Shown in pieces: positions 23,083 through 33,179 of a stretch of 38,123 nucleotides of DNA. Origin of the DNA: Hyphochytrium catenoides (Eukaryota > Protista > Hyphochytriomycota). The notes under the pieces were generated by a model that saw only the letters and a list, made by a program, of their open reading frames with translations, was not told where the DNA came from and did not search any database. A program made the position numbers and the translations under genes. The stretch is taken from the NCBI GenBank assembly GCA_900088475.1, contig FLMG01003580.1, positions 1-38,123 on the forward strand, read 5' to 3'. Position 1 is the first letter of the stretch. The number at the start of each line of letters is the position of its first letter.

Positions 23083-23808
23083 ATGGTCCTCACAGCACGG
23101 ATAGGACGCACAGCCATAGTGGCAGGACTGATGCTGAGCAGCTTGTCCTCTTCTATCGCTCTGGCCTCGCTTGCTACCTCGACAGCCACCGCTGCTGGTG
23201 ATGTTGCCTCTGTGGAGTCTGTCAGCGATCAGATGAGTATGTACGAGGATGAATCTCCTTTTCTGTCAATCAAGTCGGACTTCACGCCCGGCCCAGCAGC
23301 TGCATGGCGGATACTGTTATCCTCGAAACCACTTCTACCATCATCGTCGTCTTCCTCTGATGGTATCGTCGGCGGCTTAGGCCAGCAACAACAAGATCAC
23401 CAGGTGGCGCTGCTCGACGAACAAAACGATGAGCAGCTTGGCGGCAGCCGCAAGCAGATGGAGAGACCGGTAAACCTTATTGCCACCGACTTCCCAAGGG
23501 AACAATCTCCTCCTTCTGAGGAGAAGCCTCACGTTCGGCGTCTTCTGCGATCTCAACCACAAAGGAAAGTGGACTGTTCTCGCAATGGCCAAATCCAGTA
23601 TTGTGAAGAGACCATGGGGTATTTGTCAGCAGGCATTGTCGTGAAAGGGCCTGCTTATAGCCCACCAGGCACGAGATTTTGTCTCCGCAGCGATTCCCAC
23701 CACTATGCTATCAACTATCAAGCATCCTACCGAGTCACCTGCTCCAGTGGATCTCAGGGAACTATCAACTGTTGCACCGCAAAATTCACAATGCCTTACT
23801 CGCGTTGA
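23083..23808 (+). CDS. Secreted cysteine-rich prepropeptide, paralog A (intronless; ORF also open from 23023)
   Basis: The ATG lies in the same TAAYCATGG context as paralogs B and C. Layout: signal-like N-terminus (MVLTARIGRTAIVAGLMLSSLSSSIALASLA), acidic/Ser-rich prodomain with FTPGPAA, junction VRRLLRSQPQRKVDC, C-terminal C-x8-C-x25-C-x19-C-x9-CC. Confidence 0.8.
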   Translation: MVLTARIGRTAIVAGLMLSSLSSSIALASLATSTATAAGDVASVESVSDQMSMYEDESPFLSIKSDFTPGPAAAWRILLSSKPLLPSSSSSSDGIVGGLGQQQQDHQVALLDEQNDEQLGGSRKQMERPVNLIATDFPREQSPPSEEKPHVRRLLRSQPQRKVDCSRNGQIQYCEETMGYLSAGIVVKGPAYSPPGTRFCLRSDSHHYAINYQASYRVTCSSGSQGTINCCTAKFTMPYSR

Positions 23809-24034
23809 GGTTCTCGAGGGTGTACGAACCTTCATGACAAGAAGGAAACGAGTGGAGCTGGCGGCAGCGATAGGTGCAGTCCCTAGAGCTTGTATAGGAA
23901 GAACGGTAGAGTAGTCCAACACATGAGGTCAGGATAGCGCTGGATCAGAGATGAATAGTTAGGTCTGCCGCAGGCTCAATAAGGTCATAGATGTGCTGCT
24001 CTCCTGAGACAGCGCATCCAGCCGACAATAACTT

Positions 24035-24625
24035 CCAGCAGTACGTAGAACCTCCACACACTCCGCCTTCTCGACGGACCCCATTGACCCACAAACAAGC
24101 CCTTGCCCGAAGCAACCGATAGCCCAGCAAGGATCAATAAATAAAAATGATATGACGTCCATAGCGAAGAGCAGACGCGACTCTGTTCATCATGAGCGAA
24201 AGAAGGACAAAGTCCTTTCATTCCTTTGGGCCCAAAATAGCAGCTGCTTTCCCAGTGCAGTCTAACCTCTTTCTCTCCGTCTGGAGAGCTTTCGTCCACG
24301 TGCCAGCGCCCGTTAACCGAGGCACTGGTGGAAGGGTGAGCGCTCGGAAGAAGCAAGGATCACAGGCTGCTTCTTCCACTGGGCCAATTGCTCCACCCGC
24401 CCTGCACCAGAGTACTGGCAGTTAGGATACCAAGACAACTTAGAGCTCTTTCTATAGAAGCATATCAAAGAGGCGATGGGTACTACGAAGTACACTTAAG
24501 GAAAAGGAGCAGAAGTTATCGCCCGACACCTTATCCTTTCCTTTCTTATTTGGCGGTCTCCTTCATACTTTGACGCTTAAACCTTGCCTCCTGTGCCTTT
24601 TGGATGTACCATTCTGCAAGCTTCT
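24035..24625. repeat. Diverged ~600-700 bp duplicated segment, copy 1 (partner at ~35062-35745)
   Basis: Collinear shared blocks include TTCTCGACGGACCCCA, ACGTCCATAGCGAAG, AACCTCTTyCTCTCCGTCT, AAGCAAGGATCAC, TTCTTCCACTG and TTTGGCGGTCTCCT. Confidence 0.85.
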
Positions 24626-24805
24626 GGAGGCAGGACATTTGATACCTTCTTTATTGCAAGGCTTAAGAGTGATGCTATCTCTCTCTCTGTCCCTTTCGGA
24701 CAAACAGCGCCTAAAAGAGATGTCCATATACCTTCCAGCTCCTCAAAGTTCTCTCTCTTCCCAATTCTTGAAAGATACGCGAGAGACAGAGGCGATGGAA
24801 GAGGA

Positions 24806-27800
24806 CTATAGCAGCTCCGGATCACCGAACTCAGCAGCGAAGCGTCCCAACGCCCAGACAGGGAACACATTCCTATAGGAGGTGTAGGTAATCCCGCTGG
24901 TGCGGTTGAACACTCCGCTCACACTCTCCTGAGACCAATCTCCAGTCTTCTCCTGCCTCTGAATAAGAAACCTTGCACCCTTTTTCAGCACCTCTTTCTC
25001 TTCCTCTGTCTTCCCCCATCCACCAGCAAGAAGGCCTAGAAGTGCCCAAGAGGTCTGGACAACTTGGCTTCCCTCCCTGTTGTTCTCGGTGTACTTCTTG
25101 TCAAGGCAAGACAAGAAGCTTTCTCCCCAGCCTCCATCCTCTCTCTGCTTGGAGGCAAGGAAAGCGCAGGCTTTAGAGATAGCACGGGAGCTTTCCCTTT
25201 GCTCTCCGGCAGCCTTTAGGCCCTCGATACCGAACCAGGTGCCGTAAGTGAAGCAGCAGCCCCAGCTGCCGTACCAGCTCCCATCCTTTCGCTGAATGCT
25301 TTGGATGAACTTCTGCCCGTTCTTGATCGCCCTCATTATCTCCTTTTGGCGATGCTCAGGGAATTGCTTTTGGAAGCTCTAAGAGTATTGAAAGAGGGAG
25401 AGAGAGAGAGAGAGAAAGGGCAGAGATAACGGCAAAAGGTGAGATCTGCGACGGATGGAGAAGTGGATGACCACAATGGAGCAGCACAATAAAGAGGAAA
25501 ATTAGAGAGAAAGAAAGAAAGAGAACAGACTTACCACCAACGCAGTCAAGACTGCAGAGGTGCACTCCACATAAGAGTAGTCGATCATGATATCGCCAAA
25601 CACCTCGGAAGGGTTCAGCAGCTCATACCAACGCCATCCTCGCGTGAGTTCGTAGGTTGCCCATCCGCCGTCATCGTTCTGGAAGGAAAGCAGTAGATGC
25701 ACAGAGTCGAAGAGACGCTCGGCGTTGATCTTGTTGGAGATCTTAGGATTCTCCTAGAGAAGGGTGGAAAGGAGGTCAGTCTTAGGTGTAGAGAGCCGCG
25801 TTAGAGACCGCTGAGGGGGATATGCACGGCTGCCAATATTCTAACATCCGACGGGAAGGGATTTAGAGAGGAAAGAGACTGGATCTCAAGGATCTTGAGC
25901 GCTCTATGCCTTCTATCTCCTCCTTTCTCTCCCTTCCTGTCTGGTTTCTTGGCTCTTTGTTTCCCTTACCATTTGCAATAGCACAGCCTTGAGTCCCTCG
26001 GCAGTGCAGTCAGAGATGGGCCAGCCGTGGGCATTGGTGCTGAAAGGCCACCCGCCCTTTGAGATGTGCCTGAACGAGAGAAGAATGAACAGACAGAATA
26101 TCCTTAGAGACTTAGCAATGATTAGGAGCAACAATATATGCTACTCTTTAGGGATTCGGGCAAGATAAGGGAGGAGGAGGGTCCACACCATCGTACCGGA
26201 AATACTTCTCCCTGTCGGGTACATCTTCTCTGATCTGCGTAACATCCACAAAGTCGTGGGCCCTTTGTAGACACTGAGTGAACTCCTCCTGCAATCCCGT
26301 CTCATAGATAGCTTGGATGGCAAAAGCGGTGTCCCAAAGCTACGCCAAGAGAGAGAAAGATGTGAGGATGACGCAGCAGAGTAATCGGGCCGAAGCAAGA
26401 AGCCAAGGAACGGTCTAGCCTTAAGTAAGAGGCTCCGTTCGAAGTTAAAGAAAGGGCAACCCCAGCTTGCAGTGGCCTATCACACTTCCCCCACGGCTCT
26501 GGCTTTGATAAGACCCCACTTCTTCTCTGCCTGTCCGCTTACCTGGCTCCCATTGTACCCTTGCATCTTGACTCCGTCCTCGGCCATCCAAATGTAGTCC
26601 TCGAGCCTCTTGACATGCTTCTTCACCGCCTCTCCTTCAGGGTTTTCCGCCCACACGGCCACGAGGTTTAGCATCTTATTGACAGGCCCAATGTCCACAT
26701 AGTTCGTCTGTTCATCTTCGGCATGGATGTAGTCTATGGCAAAGCGAAGCCCAGCAGAACGTAGGAGGGAGACAGAAGAGGAAAAAGGGGAGCGTTCGTA
26801 GATCGCTAGGATCTCATTAAGAAGACGCATGGGCAGAGAGAGAGAAGCGTAAGCATCGATGTCGCTCACTGGAGCAGTCCTGAAAGTTTGCCAATTGATC
26901 TCCTCATACTTCTCAACGTAAAGTTCTTCTCTTAGTGCCGTAGTCAGTGGACAGAGCGGACGGGTCACTCTCTTTCCATAGATGTAAGACATAGGAAGAT
27001 AGACCATGCGACAGTGACACCAGAGACGGCCAGGATGGAAAGGGAACCAGTACGGAAGCATCCACAGCTCGGGAGGAATAGAGTTTATCCCTCGCCAGTC
27101 ATAAACACCGAGGATCGCCAGCCAGAATTTGGCCCAGGAGGCGGTAGAACCTGCTCCACCATGCTCCTTGATAAAGAGCCGAGCCGTGACGATGTACTCT
27201 TCTTCACTGCTCTCCCCCAACAAGCGCAGAGCCACATAGTTCAGCACCGAGCCAAACATGGTACTTGCACCCTCGATGTGAGTGCCCCAGCCGCCGTCTT
27301 CTTGCTGATGATTGCGCAGATAAGCCACCATTCCGCGCTTTTTGAGCTCGGAGATCTCAACCCCGCATACGAAGCAGGCAATGACGAAACCTGGCAGGAG
27401 GAACATTGGACCTCCGTAGTCTCCAGCCCAGAATCCATCGTCCGTCTGCAGCGTCTGGTAGTAAGCAACACCTTTCCTCGCTGCATCTAGTGCTGTCTTA
27501 GGTCGCGGAGCTTCGGCATTTGGCGCTTCGAAGATGCTCCGAGACTGAGCCCACGTCCTGAAGAGCTTATCACCAGCGTTAGGATTCCTGGAAGGATCAA
27601 AAGTAGAGAAAAGAGAGCGCATGGTTTCCATGTCGAGCAGTCCTTCTTCTCCCTCCGTCCATATCTGTCGTCCAACAGGCTCTCCAGTGAGATTTGGAAG
27701 CTTTTTTCCTGAGAAGGACTTCTCGGTAACTTCGTGAGAACGCTTTCCAATGGCAGGATGGCCGACAACAGAGGGCACAGCGGCAGGTCTGGAGCTCCAT

Positions 27801-28027
27801 TTGGCCAGTCTTGTCGTTGTTTCTCTTGGACCTCCAGGAGAAGAGCGCGGTTCCAGATTCATGAGAATGAGAGGACAAAGCAGAGCGAGAAGGATGGTGG
27901 AGATGAGGATGGCGAGGAAGTGATCGGCGCAAAGGACCGAGAGATAAGCAAATAGATCCTGCAGCATTGTCCGGCAGGTCTCCGAGAAAACGATGAAAGA
28001 GACGGAAAGGAAGATGGCAGCTGCCAT
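24806..28027 (-). CDS. CAS1: Oxidosqualene cyclase, cycloartenol-synthase type, ~839 aa; exons 28027-26543, 26339-26197, 26069-25970, 25753-25535, 25378-24806
   Basis: Motifs present: [38 protein letters not shown]|[15 protein letters not shown] (catalytic DCTAE), QW repeats ([29 protein letters not shown]). Residues equivalent to Arabidopsis CAS1 Y410/H477/I481 are the cycloartenol-type set; lanosterol synthases have T and V at 410 and 481. Confidence 0.95.
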
Positions 28028-28309
28028 TGCTCCTTCTCAATCAGTTGGCAACAGGGCCAATGTAATCTTCTCCTCGCCTTTCTTCCGTCTTGATCTTTGT
28101 CTTTTCTTCTCTAGGTAATACCTTAGATCTCGATGTCTGGGGCCACGAAGATTTGGCAATGAAGAGTCTCAAAGACTGGCAATGAAAATCTTCGGTGACG
28201 AAGAGAATGTTGGGCTGCAGGCTCTAGAGTCTCTGTCCAAAAAAAGTCATTGAAAGTGAAAGCTTGGTCCCAAGTCCGAGCTTTTAGAGGCATCCCAAAG
28301 CAAGAATAG

Positions 28310-28486
28310 GGAGACAGAAAGATAGAAGAGAAAGGGCAGAATAGGAGGAGGGCGAGAGAGAGAAAGAGAGAGAGAACGAGAAAGAGAGAGAGAACGAAAG
28401 GAGAGAGAGAGAGAAAGACAGAGACACAAGAGAGACAAAGAGAGACACGCGAGAGACAGAGAGAGAGAGAGAGAGAGAGACAGAGA

Positions 28487-28530
<44 letters not shown>
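28310..28530. repeat. (GA)n microsatellite upstream of the oxidosqualene cyclase gene
   Basis: Directly visible; CT-rich on the OSC sense strand. Confidence 0.9.
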
Positions 28531-28532
<2 letters not shown>

Positions 28533-29777
28533 CAGAGGAGACTCCTATTGATTACTGAACGAGAAGAGGAACAGATCTGATATTGATAACCAAGGTAGGT
28601 GGTTGTTGATTTGTTGATACAACTGTATCGTGGGAGCTGCAATGAGGAGTTGTACATGTGAACTACTACAACGCACAACTGTTTTATGCACTGTCATGGC
28701 TTCGACTCAAGCTCTCTCGCGTTGTTCAGAGCAGACTCTTTATAATATTACGCTGTGTTCTACTGTAGGCAGAACTCATCATCATCAGGCCTCAGAGTAG
28801 TCAAGAGTCATGACGGGGCCAAGGTCCCAAGGCGGCGGGAGAAAACGTGTCAACAACAAGCGCCTTCTTCTGTACTACGCTGTCTGAGTGCATCTGGTGC
28901 TGCTGCTGGCCATTAGCGACTGTCGGCTCTGCCAGTAGGGAACATATGGGAGGAAAGGAGGAAAAGGATAGGCAAGACGGGCTCATACGTTCCCGTACCG
29001 GACCAGTAGACTGGAAGAGTTGCTACAGGGCTGACGTCCTTGCTTAGCAGACACTTTATTGAAGTGAAGGACTATGCAGCAGAGGGGATTACTTGGTCGA
29101 GGAGTGACTGAGAAAGCCTGCCAAGACACGACCGTGGCCTGCCATCAGCTGGTGTCAAGCTCAGGGGGCGCATTGGTTCCTTTTCTGTTCTTGGCTGGTT
29201 GAGATAGGAAAGCTGCGCTCACCCTCTCACGAATTTCCCCAATACTAGTTGGCTATAGCAGAATCTAGGAGTAATATATACTGGCTGGCCATTGCGGAGA
29301 GAGAAGGGGAGCAGGCATGGTAATCCTGATTCTTCTTCTCCTCTTACTGCATCCCCTACTGTAGTTGCAAAAGATTGTTAGTCGTAGCAGTAGGAGGAGG
29401 GTGAAACATAATGCAACACGCTATTATAAAGCTGATAAACCGTGGACCTGAGAAGTAAGAAGTATCATGGCTCTCGAGTGCTAGGGCTCCTACCATTCTA
29501 GTAGAGAGGAAGGCAGCACGAAGGCTGCACCACCAGAGATGATGCTGTCGGCTTGCAGGAGGAGGAGGAGGCGAGAGTAGTAGTGGTTATGCTATGACTG
29601 ATCAACAAAAAAGAACGGTAGTCGCTCCTTCCTCGTCTATTCTTCTTCTAATTCCCCACCATCGTCATACTCACTTCTCTTTTTTCCACCATCGGCAACA
29701 ACGAGCGTTCTCCCATCAACAACCAACACCTGACCGACTGGCGCAAAGCAAAGCTCTACAACCTCCTCCAGCTAACC

Positions 29778-30443
29778 ATGGTCGTTTCAACACTGACAAT
29801 AGTCCTCCGCACAGCCGTATTGGCAGGAATGATGCTATTTAGCTTGTCCCCTTCTTCCGCTCTGCCCGAGAGGACCTCGGCTGGTGTTGTCGCCTTTGCG
29901 GAGTCGGCCAGTGATGAGATGATGCGTATATACCAGGACGATTCTGACTCTCTGACAATAGAATCGGAGTTCACCCCCGGCCCAGCAGCAGAACGGATGC
30001 TTTCCTCCTCCTCAGAACCACTTCTACCATCGTCGTCCTCCTCCTCTGACGGTACGGTAGGAGGCTTGAGCCAGGATTATGGTCGGGAACGGGCGTTGAG
30101 GAACCAACAAGATTATAATGAGCAGCTTGAGGAGGGCAGCGGCGGCCACAATCAGAGGGAGGGAACGGAGGAGGACCTAAGTTTCGCGCTTCAAAAGGAG
30201 CAAACTCTTCCTCCTCAACTATCTAGGAGCCGTCTTCGGCGACTTCAAGCAGGAAGGAAAGTGGACTGTTCTCTTGGTGGCCAAATCAAGTATTGTCGTA
30301 GATATGGTCTCGTGGGCGTGAGATATCATCAGAAGAATTATTGTTACATGCCTCCTAATTACCTTTTCCCTACTAACGTTCTCGCATAGTTCACTGTCAC
30401 CTGCTCAAGCGAGTCCCAGGGTGTTGTCAACTGTTGCAATTAG
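29778..30443 (+). pseudogene. Secreted cysteine-rich prepropeptide, paralog B, with in-frame TAG at 30387-30389 (nonsense allele, readthrough or sequencing error)
   Basis: The prepro region is nearly identical to paralog C. After the TAG the frame continues FTVTCSSESQGVVNCCN followed by TAG TAG (30441-30446), completing C-x8-C-x15-C-x19-C-x9-CC. Confidence 0.75.
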
Positions 30444-31974
30444 TAGAATCTGTGGGGTCTCGATGATGTACTTCTACGAACCTCCATGGCAGAAAGGAAG
30501 AGAATAGAATAGGCAGCAGCGGCAGCTGAAGTGCTTGTAGTATATACCTACCTCTATAGAAAAAAAAATCACAAAGATTGCCGTGTACGTTCCTTGCTCT
30601 TTGAATCGACTGATTTTATCACCTCTGGGAGATGTCTCCCAGTCCTCTCGCGGCTGACCGGATGGAGGAAAGCAAGAGCTCTCACGAAAGCCAGTCACCG
30701 CGTCTGACGCGCCCTTTGCTGTGTAGAGTACTGTCCCCTTCTTCCAGGCGCCGCCTTCCTCCTCTCCTTATCCTCCCTCGACGGCGGCTGATGATGATGA
30801 AGGGGAGCCTGGCGCCGCCGAGTGTCACTCCAGGTTGGCCAAACGCCTTCGTCTTGGCTCCTCCCTCCACCTCGATCAGGGGAGCCTATCCCTGCCTGGC
30901 GCCGCCATGGGCGACGTACAACTAGGGGCTACCGGCCCTTCGTCCTGCGGTTGCTGCTCTCGTCGCCGATGCTGCTGCTTCCCGCACTTTTGTCATTGAC
31001 GTCCTGGAACTCTTTCTCGCTTGCGCAGGAGCTCTTCCACGCCCTAGTCGAGTCTCAAGAAACGGCGGCTCCCAACGAAACTTTCCGTGCAGAATTGCGG
31101 CCAATCCGCGGTGAGCTTCTTGCTTTTCGTAAGCACCTCCACAGCTCAGGCCTCCTCCTCGCGCTCCTCCGTGATGGTCTCTTCACGCCCGCAAAACATA
31201 GTTCTATGACCCTGCACTTCTATTCTACTCCTTTCATGAGTAATAGTAATATAGGAAAAGGAAAAGTCAACAATAAATGCTGCAGTACAGGTACTTCTTC
31301 CTTAGTACTTTTCGGAGTAGGGAGGCAGTCTACTGCTCGCGAATGCTGGGTCCCTTCTGTTAACAGGTCTCAAGTCTCGAGTTCCTGGACCGAGGACGAG
31401 GAAGCATCTTTCTTGCGGGAAACTGTATACAAATACAAGCGATACATCAAAGCGATCATAGCATAGCAGGGTCGTTCTACGATCATCCTCTGAAGAAAGA
31501 AGGAAGGCCGTTTGAAAGCCCGTCCTATGGCTGGTCTGATACCGTTTTGTTATGCAACTGAACCCTTTCCATTCCCTCCCTCGAACTACTCAACAAGGAC
31601 AGCTCCCTGATAACATATCCTTTTGCATCGACTAAGAAATAGTTCTATCTCTGCAGCCTATCACGGCGCGGGCACACGATAGTGACTGATAAGGTCTTTG
31701 GCTGTCGTTAGGATAGCCATCCGAAAGGACTCGGTGAGGGCTGTAAAAAAAATGTTCCTGAAGAGCATTAAGAAAGGTCCAACCCATCATCAGTGATCCA
31801 CACTGGCTTCCTGGAGTGACCGACCCCATGTGTGACAGAGGCGCATGTGTCACTTGCCTGTGTCTCGCTAGTTGGAAGAGGAACGATGGGCTCACCCCCC
31901 TCGAGAACTCTTCGACATCATCATCTGGCCATAGGAGATTGTAGGACGAATAACCACCGGTTGGCTGCTGCAGA

Positions 31975-32006
<32 letters not shown>

Positions 32007-32510
32007 CAGAGAGAGANNNNNNNNNNNNNNNNNNNNNNNNNNNNNNNNNNNNNNNNNNNNNNNNNAGTGGTGAGCAAAGTCATGATCATCCTGATTCTAG
32101 TCCTCTTCCTAGTCGCAGAAGGATTCTACAGGAGGAAGAGGAGGAGGAGGGTGGAACATAATGCAGCAGACTACGAGCTATGAACCTGATAAACCTTGGA
32201 TCTGAAAAATAAATATTGTGCCTCTACTACTGCTACGTAGTGCTCGTACGTACACATTCTAGCAGCGACGAAGGTAGCACGAAGAACGGGCTAACAAAGA
32301 TGATGCTATCGGCTTGCAGGAAGAGGAAAGGGGACAGAAGTAATGCTGCTATCGATTGACCGACACAAGCCCTCCCGTCTTCTTTTGCTTCTTCTGTCCC
32401 ATCTTCACCATGCTCACTTCCCATTTTGCCCCCACCACCAGCAACAACAAGCGTTTGTCCCATCGAGTATTAATTAGCGTTGCCCCGTCTACGGCCTCCT
32501 CCCGCTAATC

Positions 32511-33179
32511 ATGGTCGTCTCAACGCCGACGATAGTACGCACAGCCGTATTGGCAGGAATGATGCTATTTAGCTTGTCCACTCCTTCCGCTTTGGTCGAG
32601 AGTACCACCGCTGGTGCCGTCGCCTCACCGGAGTCCGCCAGTGATGAGATGCGTATATATCCGGACGGCTCTGACTCTCTGACAATAGAATCGGAGTTCA
32701 CGCCCGGCCCGGCAGCAGAACGGATGCTTTCCTCCTCCTCAGAACCACTTCTACCATCGTCGTTGTCATTCTCCTCTGACGGTATGGTAGGAAATTTGAG
32801 CCCATATGGTCGGCAACTGGCGATGACGAATGAACAAGATTATGAGGATGAGCAGCTGGAGGGCAGCAGCAGCCACAATCAGAGGGAGCGAACGGAGGAT
32901 GACCTAACTTCCGCGCTTGGAAAGGAGCAAACTCTTCCTCCTCAACTACCCCGGAGCCGTCTTCGGCGACTTCAAGCAGGAAGGAAAGTGGACTGTTCTC
33001 TTGAGGGCAAAGCGCGCTTTTGTAAAGGAAATGGCTACGATGGTGTAAGGAATGACAGGTATTGTGTCGTACCTCCTTACTCCAAACTCCCTGGGATCTA
33101 CCTGGAAGCAAAGTTCCAAGTCACCTGTCAAAGTGGATCCCGGGGTACTATCACCTGTTGCCATACAGGTGCACTTTGA
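32511..33179 (+). CDS. Secreted cysteine-rich prepropeptide, paralog C (222 aa, intronless)
   Basis: Layout: signal-like MVVSTPTIVRTAVLAGMMLFSLSTPSA, acidic prodomain, junction RSRLRRLQAGRKVDC, C-terminal C-x8-C-x13-C-x20-C-x9-CC. Confidence 0.85.
   Translation: MVVSTPTIVRTAVLAGMMLFSLSTPSALVESTTAGAVASPESASDEMRIYPDGSDSLTIESEFTPGPAAERMLSSSSEPLLPSSLSFSSDGMVGNLSPYGRQLAMTNEQDYEDEQLEGSSSHNQRERTEDDLTSALGKEQTLPPQLPRSRLRRLQAGRKVDCSLEGKARFCKGNGYDGVRNDRYCVVPPYSKLPGIYLEAKFQVTCQSGSRGTITCCHTGAL

Noticed and set aside
24806-28027. Lanosterol synthase or squalene-hopene cyclase; triterpene biosynthetic gene cluster
   Set aside because: DCTAE (not DXDD) with the Y/H/I triad indicates cycloartenol synthase. 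No P450s or tailoring enzymes are seen nearby.
30387-30389. TAG reassigned to an amino acid (non-standard genetic code)
   Set aside because: The syntaxin, Rheb-TM and OSC genes terminate at TAG at expected positions, and long conserved exons (e.g. the 1485 nt OSC exon 1) contain no in-frame TAG, TAA or TGA.
30632-31466. GC-rich overlapping ORFs (97 aa, 214 aa and minus-strand fragments)
   Set aside because: No recognisable motif, non-ATG starts, and minus-strand frames broken by stops; possibly a decayed gene but not supportable.
23570-33179. Elicitin (sterol-binding, six Cys) identity for the peptides, suggested by proximity to OSC
   Set aside because: Elicitins are ~98 aa helical domains directly after the signal peptide with no adjacent CC pair; the spacing and long prodomain here do not fit.
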